64,000 nucleotides of DNA from IMG/VR virus record IMGVR_UViG_3300012983_000037, positions 35,870 through 99,869 of that record; one strand, 5' to 3'. The position numbers and the translations under genes were made by a program. Numbering within the stretch: position 1 is the first letter of the stretch; every line of letters starts with the position of its first letter. The notes under the pieces are model-generated. The model searched no databases, had not been told where the DNA came from, and worked only from the letters and a program-made list of their open reading frames with translations. The DNA comes from a virus. Its lineage: Duplodnaviria > Caudoviricetes. Shown here piece by piece: positions 53,264-60,382 of this stretch.

Positions 53264-54898
53264 TTATATGACTACTTTTCTAACTTTGTCAATATGTGCA
53301 TTTGGATTGAATTCATTTGATGCAATATCATCAAATAGTTTATATCCATATCCAAAGTAATACTGAACTTTGTCAGAATTCTTTACAGGAGTTGTACCAT
53401 ATGCAGCCAAATCTATAGCATAAATGTATGGAGAACATACCTTTCTAATATAGTTTTGATATGCATTTCTTGAACAACCATAGTTAGCCTCATTGTCTGA
53501 AAGAAGTATAATTCTATCATACTTTTTACCAGCTCTAGTTGCACAATTAAATGCTTCTGCAATACTAGTACCTCCCATATTAGTATTTGATATTACTCTA
53601 CCTAAATCAAATACTGAACTGAATAAGTGAGAAGTGTAGTCAAAATATTCTGCTCTTGAACCAAATCTAATAACATCTGCATTAGTTGCTTTTGCTATTG
53701 TTGCAGCAAGAAGTCCTGCCTTTTCACAAGCAGTATGTCTCATTGCAGTTTTACCATTACGACATCCCATATGCATTGATCCTGAACAATCAATCATAAT
53801 AAGAGTCTTTCCTGGTAAGGCTTCTTTAAGATTAGGTATTGCTAATTCATAACCCTTACGAAGTGCTTCTTTTACCCTATTGGCATTTACATTAGCATTA
53901 AATTCTTCTGTAAGGATCTCATAAGCAATATCCATTTGATAAGGCTGAATCATTCCCTTCTTGATAAGTTCACCATTAGATAATAGTTTACAAAGAGAAC
54001 TAATTACTTCTTCTCTTGGGGATTTAACCATGTTTCTAATGTTTCTTAATGCAGCAAGAATACCAAGTTTACCCTCTTTAAGTAAGGCTTCCCAGTTATC
54101 ATTCTTTGCCTCAGTAAGAACTTTTTCTGCTTCTTCCTTATCTAATTTACCTTCCTTAACTGCTTTAGCAACTATTTGACCTGCCTCTGAATTAGCCACT
54201 TCCCAAGTATCTGCTGATACAGTAATACCTCTCATCAATGCATCAAGTACCTTCATTTCCTCACCATTAATAGTGATAGTAGCACTTGAATTAGATGATT
54301 TAGGATGAACTAAATTAGAGATGTCAATGATGGATTTCTTATATTTAGACAATTGATAAGTATCCAAAGATTCAATTGCTTTCGCAAATCCTTTCTTCAT
54401 TGAATTAGTAAGAACACTATTATTCAATGCAGAAAAGACATCTTTAATCTCTGACATATCATCAGGTCTAAATATACATCCTCCTTGCTGAGCCTTTTTG
54501 TTAAATGGTCCATAGAACCTTTTTGCAAATTCTTTTCCACTAATAAATGGAGCCAACAATGCAGCGGCTAAATGATTGATAGACCTCATTCCATCTCTCA
54601 TACATCTTGAATAGACAATTGCCTGAGCAACAAAATAAGGATCTTTAAGACCTAATCTTTCAACAAGATCTCTCAATTCCTGCATTGTTTCTGATTCTGA
54701 ACGATAATATTGAGGCTCTAACTTAATAGTGTTAAGCATTGCAAGTAACCTCAACTCATCTTCCAAAGAATATGCAGAATAACCCTGTCTATTTACAGTA
54801 TCCTCTACTGGAATAGAATTGGCTTCTACAATTCTTTCTTTTGGTGGAATAGCACCAAGTGCACTCTTTAATTGTGCATTTCTGTCTTTCATTTTCAT
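53264..54898 (-). CDS. Ro60/Rsr-like TROVE-domain RNA-binding protein with vWA domain
   Basis: 544 aa from ATG 54898; VNRQGYSAY, YSRCMRDGMRS, TWE, AALRNIRN, MIDCSGSM (MIDAS), GGT, ILLSDNE. Confidence 0.9.
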   Translation of the reverse strand: MKMKDRNAQLKSALGAIPPKERIVEANSIPVEDTVNRQGYSAYSLEDELRLLAMLNTIKLEPQYYRSESETMQELRDLVERLGLKDPYFVAQAIVYSRCMRDGMRSINHLAAALLAPFISGKEFAKRFYGPFNKKAQQGGCIFRPDDMSEIKDVFSALNNSVLTNSMKKGFAKAIESLDTYQLSKYKKSIIDISNLVHPKSSNSSATITINGEEMKVLDALMRGITVSADTWEVANSEAGQIVAKAVKEGKLDKEEAEKVLTEAKNDNWEALLKEGKLGILAALRNIRNMVKSPREEVISSLCKLLSNGELIKKGMIQPYQMDIAYEILTEEFNANVNANRVKEALRKGYELAIPNLKEALPGKTLIMIDCSGSMHMGCRNGKTAMRHTACEKAGLLAATIAKATNADVIRFGSRAEYFDYTSHLFSSVFDLGRVISNTNMGGTSIAEAFNCATRAGKKYDRIILLSDNEANYGCSRNAYQNYIRKVCSPYIYAIDLAAYGTTPVKNSDKVQYYFGYGYKLFDDIASNEFNPNAHIDKVRKVVI

Positions 54899-54932
54899 AA
54901 TTTTGACTATTAAATGATTAAAGTATAAAAAA

Positions 54933-55075
54933 ATAATAGAGAAAGTGTTTAGAGAATTAAAGAAATAAAGATTACAAGTCTTTCGCATGACCATTCTGCT
55001 ATTTCGTGAAAATTGTCACAAAAGTTGGAGTCGAACCAACATAAATCGATGAACCTCTAAACTGACTACTATTAT
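54933..55075 (-). ncRNA. Y-RNA-like RNA 3 with circularly permuted tRNA (T arm, closed acceptor, D arm, anticodon UGU)
   Basis: ATAATAG/CTATTAT and GTTTAGAG/CTCTAAAC stems enclose GTTGG-TTCGACT-CCAAC, TTTTGTGA-loop-TCACGAAA, TAGCAGAATGGTCATGC, AAAGA-CTTGTAA-TCTTT. Confidence 0.85.
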
Positions 55076-55083
55076 ATATTTAA

Positions 55084-55206
55084 AAAGAGAGAAAAGTAGA
55101 TAGGATAATTAAAAATATCGGTCAGAATCGAACTGACTACACAATGCGTTGCAGGCATTTGCTCTACCAACTGAGCTACGAAGTAACCTATCTATGACTA
55201 CTCTTT
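55084..55206 (-). ncRNA. Y-RNA-like RNA 2 with acceptor-less tRNA-Cys(GCA) module
   Basis: AAAGAG/CTCTTT and TAGATAGG/CCTATCTA stems enclose D arm AGCTCAGTTGGTAGAGC, AATGC-CTGCAAC-GCATT, GTCAG-TTCGATT-CTGAC. Confidence 0.85.
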
Positions 55207-55220
55207 ATATTTCAAATAAA

Positions 55221-55361
55221 AAGTTCTGAAGAATGGATTAAAGGGATAAAAAATTCATTAATGCTGGAATCGAACCAACTACCTTAAGTACCCAAAAACT
55301 TACGCTCTAACCAAATGAGCTAATCAATGCGAAGTAACCCTTTAAATTACTATCAGAACTT
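55221..55361 (-). ncRNA. Y-RNA-like RNA 1 enclosing a complete tRNA-Pro(UGG)-like cloverleaf
   Basis: AAGTTCTGA/TCAGAACTT and TTAAAGGG/CCCTTTAA stems enclose CATTGAT/ATTAATG acceptor, D arm, TAAGT-TTTTGGGT-ACTTA, GTTGG-TTCGATT-CCAGC. Confidence 0.85.
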
Positions 55362-55367
55362 ATATTT

Positions 55368-55549
55368 TTAGTAATAACCTACCTCATCTCGTCCAATCTC
55401 AACTTGAGACTAAAGCCTCTTAAGTGACTTTCTTAAGCATGCCTTGGTTATAGTCACTTAGCAAGTGTTATATGGCGTTAATAGCTATTAAAGAGACCTA
55501 TAACTCTAATGCTGGTTTTACCCACCATCTGGGATATGGTTATTACTAA
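55368..55549 (-). ncRNA. Candidate structured ncRNA (~182 nt rod, possibly 6S-like)
   Basis: Perfect 12-bp terminal repeat TTAGTAATAACC/GGTTATTACTAA, inner GGTCTCTT/AAGAGGCT and TAAGTGACT/AGTCACTTA helices; no ORF; strand assumed from neighbours. Confidence 0.55.
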
Positions 55550-55553
55550 TTAG

Positions 55554-55626
55554 TACTCCCTGCCAGAATTGAACTGAGCGTCTCCACCTTGAAAGGGTGG
55601 CGTGTTAACCTCTTCACTAAGGGAGC
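55554..55626 (-). tRNA. tRNA-Glu(UUC)
   Basis: GCTCCCT/AGGGAGT acceptor, CCACC-CTTTCAA-GGTGG, TTCAATT T loop. Confidence 0.88.
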
Positions 55627-55710
55627 AAAATGTAGGTGTAGTTTAAATACTACACCTACTGAACATTGCATGAAAGTTTTTCTCTAAATCGTGTTTCTCA
55701 ACAGGATTTG

Positions 55711-55784
55711 TGGTCCTAGAGGGCTTTGAACCCCCGACCTTCAGATTATGAGTCTGCTACTCTGACCAACTGAGTTATAGGACC
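55711..55784 (-). tRNA. tRNA with CAU anticodon (Ile2 more likely than Met)
   Basis: GGTCCTA/TAGGACC acceptor, CAGA-CTCATAA-TCTG, GGGGG-TTCAAAG-CCCTC. Confidence 0.85.
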
Positions 55785-55819
55785 AATATATATAAAATGC
55801 CAAACAGTAATCTTATTAA

Positions 55820-55997
55820 AATGTTACTTAGGAGAGTCTGATATGAAGTATAACATACCCAATTCATTGCACAATAACTCTCCCTAATACTACTACATCC
55901 GTCAGTACTTTGTAAACCTATCTCATTTTACATTTCCCTACACACGGCTTTTACTTTTTGTTGGATCCCCACATAGTATTAGTTTTTAAGTAACATT
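55820..55997 (-). ncRNA. Candidate structured ncRNA (~178 nt, three-way junction)
   Basis: P1 AATGTTACTTA/TAAGTAACATT, P2 CTAATACTA/TAGTATTAG, P3 GGAGAGTT/GACTCTCC; between tRNAs; no ORF. Confidence 0.55.
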
Positions 55998-56095
55998 CAC
56001 CACCGTATCAACTTTATTAGGTCTGCATTTCACAATGGAGACTTTTAACATTTAATTTAACCACAACAAAAAACAAGAAAACACAAAAAATGTTG

Positions 56096-56180
56096 TAGCC
56101 TAAGTGAGATTCGAACTCACACGGGCATTTCTGCCCAGAGGATTTTAAGTCCTCCATGTATACCATTCCATCATTAGGCC
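56096..56180 (-). tRNA. tRNA-Leu(UAA)
   Basis: GGCCTAA/TTAGGCT acceptor, GAGGA-CTTAAAA-TCCTC, long variable arm GGGCA-GAAA-TGCCC, GTGAG-TTCGAAT-CTCAC. Confidence 0.92.
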
Positions 56181-56766
56181 TTGTGTCACATTTTTGGTTA
56201 AGGAAATGTGACTTAACCTCTTCATTAACCCTATTTCACAACAGGAATATATGAGAAAAGAAACGAGTATTCCACAAACCTCCTTACCTATACAGCTATC
56301 TGCTACTGGGCAATATAGATATATAATTTATAAGGAGGTTATTGCCTTTATACCCACCCGAGAAGGCTTACTCAGTCTACTCAACGATTAGATTATAACG
56401 ATAGTAGTTATAAGTGTTTCGTTTTGTCCAGAAGAGATACTTTGTACACCAATATCCCTTTTATTAACTAGTATAGGACAACCGTTATTTTGAAAAACAT
56501 AATATATAGAGGTATAATTAACTTATTTTATTAAATTAATTAACCAAATATCCAACATTTTTTCTTAATTATATAGTACTTAAAATGTAAAATTGTACCC
56601 TTTTTTGTTGTATATAATACATATTATTAATTAAAATATATACTATAATTACATTAAAAGTACTACATAATTAAAAAAATATGATGTATGATGTATGGTG
56701 TATGTTGTACAAAAGCGTTATATCTTTTACTATGTGCCAAAAATACACTAATGGTACAACACTACT

Positions 56767-56798
56767 AAAAAATAAGTGTGGGGTACAAGACCCCACAC
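56767..56798 (-). terminator. Intrinsic terminator
   Basis: GTGTGGGGT-CTTGT-ACCCCACAC-TTATTTTTT. Confidence 0.85.
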
Positions 56799-56837
56799 CC
56801 ATCATTAAAAATGCCAATCATTACACCAACATCTATC

Positions 56838-57125
56838 TTACTTCACCTCGATACGATAGATATCATCATCACCTGTCCTACTAAGTGTAAGAAGAAAACA
56901 CTTAGTCAAGTCTACAGACTCTCCAATTGCAACTTCTCTCGAAGTATTAGAAATTGGAAGGAAAGATACCTGACCATCCTTCTTAACCAACTTTACAGAG
57001 TTGCCATACTCCGATGGCACAACCTCATTAGACACAACACTCTGAATGTCTGATTCATCAAACGATTCACGATTTGTCTCATTCCACTTACCAGGATAGA
57101 CTCTGAGCTTAGATAAAAGTCCCAT
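56838..57125 (-). CDS. Small beta-rich protein, paralog A
   Basis: 95 aa; aligns by eye with 57522..57809. Confidence 0.75.
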   Translation of the reverse strand: MGLLSKLRVYPGKWNETNRESFDESDIQSVVSNEVVPSEYGNSVKLVKKDGQVSFLPISNTSREVAIGESVDLTKCFLLTLSRTGDDDIYRIEVK

Positions 57126-57462
57126 AATACAAAAAATTAAATGTTAAATGATAAATAAAAAATGCTAAAATGACCACATAAAAGTGTTCATCAAGCAAGC
57201 GGGATTCGTAATTCCCCACAAACCAAAGACAACAACAACAAACCACATACCCAATTCTGCTCTTATAGATAGGAAAATAAATAAAGGAGATTACACTACA
57301 TACCACATACCAAATTTACACTAATGGTACTACATACTAAACTAACAATGTACCACAAATACATTATAGGTACTACATACTAAAAAAATATTCAACACAA
57401 CATACCAGATACCAATTAAAGGTACAACATACCACATACCACATATAGGTACTAGATACTAC

Positions 57463-57491
57463 AAAAAAATAAAGGGGACCCGAAGGTCCCC
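57463..57491 (-). terminator. Intrinsic terminator with UUCG tetraloop
   Basis: GGGGACC-TTCG-GGTCCCC-TTTATTTTTTT. Confidence 0.9.
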
Positions 57492-57521
57492 AGTCACTAT
57501 TAGAATATGTAAGATGTGAGA

Positions 57522-57809
57522 TTAGAATAGAATCTTCTCACAAGTCTTGTCACCCCTTCTCAAGGTAACAAGGAAGCATTTAGCAGGATCAACAATGTCA
57601 CCAATGCAGACATCACTCACCTCCTTTGAACAAGGGACAAATGATACTTCTCCATCAATCCAAGTGATCTTTACAGAGATACCCCACTGTGAAGCAACTA
57701 CTTCCATAGCTTCAATTGAATCAATGTCATCAGACTCAAACTTTGATCTGCTTACTTCGGTCCAAGTATCCTGATACTTCTTAAGACCAATCTTTGAAAG
57801 AATTCCCAT
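57522..57809 (-). CDS. Small beta-rich protein, paralog B
   Basis: 95 aa; MGILSK...EVVASQWGISVK...DGEVSFVP...KCFLVTLRR. Confidence 0.75.
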   Translation of the reverse strand: MGILSKIGLKKYQDTWTEVSRSKFESDDIDSIEAMEVVASQWGISVKITWIDGEVSFVPCSKEVSDVCIGDIVDPAKCFLVTLRRGDKTCEKILF

Positions 57810-57875
57810 AATTGTAATGTGTTAAATGTTAAATGTTAATTGATAATGATAAATGTAATTTGAAATGATTAGTAA

Positions 57876-58244
57876 TTAAAACAATGTATTAAGATCTACA
57901 TCAGGTGTAGCTTTAGCTGTTCTACCATTCTTCTGTCTAGTGGTATATTTGAACTTACCTGTTTCTTTATTTTTCCATTTTACAAGAACCAGAATAGTCT
58001 CTTGTTTCTTGAATTTCTCTGCATTACCTGGTGAGACAGTAACATTACCAATGTTACTAAACTCAAACCAGAACTTAGGATTACCATTTTTGGTAACATC
58101 CTCATGGATAACCGCTTCAAACGGTATATCCACCTGCTGAATCTCCACCCAAGGAGATTCTTTCTTCACCTCCTGAGCATTTGAGTTAATACCTGATACC
58201 ATAGTAGCCACTGCTACAACCACGATTGCAAAAATCTTTTTCAT
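57876..58244 (-). CDS. Exported protein with signal peptide
   Basis: MKKIFAIVVVAVATMVSGINSNA-Q; Bacteroidota-type signal peptide with Gln at +1. Confidence 0.7.
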   Translation of the reverse strand: MKKIFAIVVVAVATMVSGINSNAQEVKKESPWVEIQQVDIPFEAVIHEDVTKNGNPKFWFEFSNIGNVTVSPGNAEKFKKQETILVLVKWKNKETGKFKYTTRQKNGRTAKATPDVDLNTLF

Positions 58245-58310
58245 AATTGTTTTGATTTAAAGTGTTTATAAATGATTGTTGTAAGTGGGGGATTACTCCC
58301 CCTTGGTTAA

Positions 58311-58571
58311 TTATTTTACTTTAGAATAGTGCTCAAGGTAATTAAGACCAAGCTCTTCACGAGCATCACAGTAATTACTCCAATTATCACCTTCACAGAC
58401 TGTATCTCCCCAGTCTAATCCATGATAATCACACATCTCTTCAAGCTCCCAAAGAAGCTCTTCAGATGTTTTAATGTACTCATCATACTTCTCAGTTCTA
58501 AATGAGAAGCTAACAGCTACAAGGATTGTTGCTACAACAAATCCTGCTGTGAAAGAAAGTAAACTTTTCAT
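58311..58571 (-). CDS. Membrane-anchored small protein, WGxTVC family copy 1
   Basis: N-terminal TM, YIKTSEELL...WGDTVCEG. Confidence 0.75.
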   Translation of the reverse strand: MKSLLSFTAGFVVATILVAVSFSFRTEKYDEYIKTSEELLWELEEMCDYHGLDWGDTVCEGDNWSNYCDAREELGLNYLEHYSKVK

Positions 58572-58589
58572 AATGTTTTTATTTAAATG

Positions 58590-58886
58590 TTATTTACAAT
58601 ACATAGAAAGATCTATGTAATTATCATAATCAAATGTTAGATCACCAATACCAATATCAAATCTTGCATTAAGAAACTCATCCCAAGTATTACTCTTGCA
58701 TACAGTTTCTCCCCAAGATAATTCAGTATCACGACTCATGAATTCAACCTCTTCAAGAAGTTTATCAGTCTTCTGAATGTAAATCTCAACCTGTCTCATC
58801 TGCTTGCAGTGATTCTCAAGCATTACTGCCCATGTGAATGCTGCAGCTCCTAGAGCTACAGCACAGTAAACTAAAATGTCTTTCAT
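58590..58886 (-). CDS. Membrane-anchored small protein, WGxTVC family copy 2
   Basis: N-terminal TM, YIQKTDKLL...WGETVCKS. Confidence 0.7.
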   Translation of the reverse strand: MKDILVYCAVALGAAAFTWAVMLENHCKQMRQVEIYIQKTDKLLEEVEFMSRDTELSWGETVCKSNTWDEFLNARFDIGIGDLTFDYDNYIDLSMYCK

Positions 58887-58890
58887 TGTA

Positions 58891-59097
58891 TTAAAGTATT
58901 ATGTTGTTAATATTACCATATATATAGTCAAGTAATTCCTCTTTAGATGGTAAACAATCCCATTCTTCAAGAGCTTCTCTAGGTGTATAACCCATCTGAA
59001 TGAAGGACTCTACTTCCCAAGTAAGTCCCCAAGGCTCTGCAAAATACAGAGCCATTTCAACTGTAATTTCCATATTAGTCCATGTTTGCAAGTTCAT
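58891..59097 (-). CDS. Hypothetical early protein
   Basis: 68 aa, GYTPREALEEW. Confidence 0.6.
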   Translation of the reverse strand: MNLQTWTNMEITVEMALYFAEPWGLTWEVESFIQMGYTPREALEEWDCLPSKEELLDYIYGNINNIIL

Positions 59098-59260
59098 CCT
59101 CTATAAGTGCATCACACTCTTCTTCTGTTAGATGAATACCCACCTTCTTAAGGGCTTCTTCTGGAGTACATCCCTCATTATAAATGAGGTTCTCAACTTG
59201 CTTGTCAGCATCAAAGTTGCAGGCAATTTTAAGTGCCAATGATTCGTAAATCCTGTTCAT
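59075..59260 (-). CDS. Hypothetical early protein
   Basis: 61 aa, GCTPEEALKKV, similar to neighbour. Confidence 0.6.
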   Translation of the reverse strand: MNRIYESLALKIACNFDADKQVENLIYNEGCTPEEALKKVGIHLTEEECDALIEDELANMD

Positions 59261-59280
59261 GTTTTCTTGTTTTTAAATTA

Positions 59281-59700
59281 TTACTTATAGTATTCTGTCT
59301 GTAATTTTAGATCTAATACACACTCTCTAACCCAAGTAGAGTTATGTTTGAATGTCTCCTTTAGTCCACCCTTCCAAGCTACATCATTCCAAGATGTAAA
59401 TACCCTGAAGATGATGAATTTGAAATCCTGAGTATATACCTTAGGATAACACTGCTTATAAGGTGTCTTCTGAAACTTTCTTCTGATGTCAACAATTCTG
59501 TAAACAGAAAGGTTAGTGTAGTTATCATCAGTAAGATGAGCTGAACCATCCCTAGAGCAATCATAGTAATTTGAAACTATATCCAAATTTACCTTATTAC
59601 CCACACATACAGAATAATACTGTATGATACCCTTGTCAACTGCTACAGTTTTATAGCAGTTAAGTGCTGGATGAACAGCAATAAATTTACTTTGTCTCAT
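59281..59700 (-). CDS. Hypothetical early protein
   Basis: 139 aa, A-rich leader. Confidence 0.6.
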   Translation of the reverse strand: MRQSKFIAVHPALNCYKTVAVDKGIIQYYSVCVGNKVNLDIVSNYYDCSRDGSAHLTDDNYTNLSVYRIVDIRRKFQKTPYKQCYPKVYTQDFKFIIFRVFTSWNDVAWKGGLKETFKHNSTWVRECVLDLKLQTEYYK

Positions 59701-59711
59701 GTGTTTTGTTT

Positions 59712-60020
59712 TTAGTAAGTTAAATAATAGTATATGTTATTCCAACGGAATATTTGCATTCTCAAATCAGGGTCATCTATATACACTGGATTACCTGCTT
59801 CTTTGAAATCCATATCAAGGTAGAATGTATCTGTATTCCAAGTAGATACACAACAGTTACATCCATACTTGACTAGACAATACACAGTATCTGTAAATGT
59901 CTCTCCATTCTCAATAAGCTCTATTAGCCTATCAATGATAGCATTAGAGCACTCTGGATACTTAGGATCAGCAGTGTATCTCCTCTTAGGAGACACATCT
60001 GCAAGATTAATTGTTCTCAT
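59712..60020 (-). CDS. Hypothetical early protein
   Basis: 102 aa. Confidence 0.6.
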   Translation of the reverse strand: MRTINLADVSPKRRYTADPKYPECSNAIIDRLIELIENGETFTDTVYCLVKYGCNCCVSTWNTDTFYLDMDFKEAGNPVYIDDPDLRMQIFRWNNIYYYLTY

Positions 60021-60021
60021 A

Positions 60022-60381
60022 TTATTTATTCATTAAACTATTGATAGTCTTCTCAATATCTGCAAGCTTAGCATCTCTATTAGGGTCTACACTATCTATA
60101 TAAGACAATAACCCTCTCAACTTAGATGTACCATTAGCAATCTTACCTGCTGACTCCTTAAGAGATGTAACCATCTCCTGGATAGTGTAAGTATCAAAAG
60201 CATGATAGACTTTTGCATTACCATCAAGAGCTCCAGTATTAATAAGATACTGGAGAATACCTACTATATTACCAATGTTAAATGTTGCATTGATAATCTG
60301 TTCTGTAGGATTAGAGATCTGATCTCTGTAATCCCATACATTAGCACTTACCTCAGTGCTGCATTTCTGTGTTTTCTTCAT
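60022..60381 (-). CDS. Hypothetical early protein
   Basis: 119 aa. Confidence 0.6.
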   Translation of the reverse strand: MKKTQKCSTEVSANVWDYRDQISNPTEQIINATFNIGNIVGILQYLINTGALDGNAKVYHAFDTYTIQEMVTSLKESAGKIANGTSKLRGLLSYIDSVDPNRDAKLADIEKTINSLMNK

Positions 60382-60382
60382 A

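Larger units (their letters stand above)
56681..57460. repeat. Degenerate heptamer repeats (ACHACAT-like) in both orientations
   Basis: ATGATGT ATGATGT ATGGTGT ATGTTGT at 56681-56708; ACTACAT/ACCACAT/ACAACAT clusters at 57295, 57397, 57424; recurring GGTACWACATAC. Confidence 0.7.

Noticed and set aside
54899-54994. 32-aa N-terminal extension of the TROVE ORF in the track
   Set aside because: It overlaps Y-like RNA 3; ATG 54898 with an A-rich leader is the more plausible start
55084-55361. Ordinary tRNA-Cys and tRNA-Pro genes or simple pseudogenes
   Set aside because: One lacks an acceptor stem, the other has an 8-nt loop, and both sit in the same conserved outer scaffold as two non-standard units
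53135-55361. CRISPR array or tmRNA
   Set aside because: Units share structure and only short motifs rather than identical repeats; no cas genes and no tag reading frame
50280-56800. RtcB RNA ligase partner of Ro60
   Set aside because: No RtcB-like ORF near the Ro60 gene or elsewhere in this window; it may lie outside or come from the host
56681-57460. CRISPR mini-array; ORFs 56681..56884, 56778..57053 and 57109..57306
   Set aside because: Repeats are degenerate 7-mers without spacer periodicity; the ORFs are low-complexity or antisense to real genes
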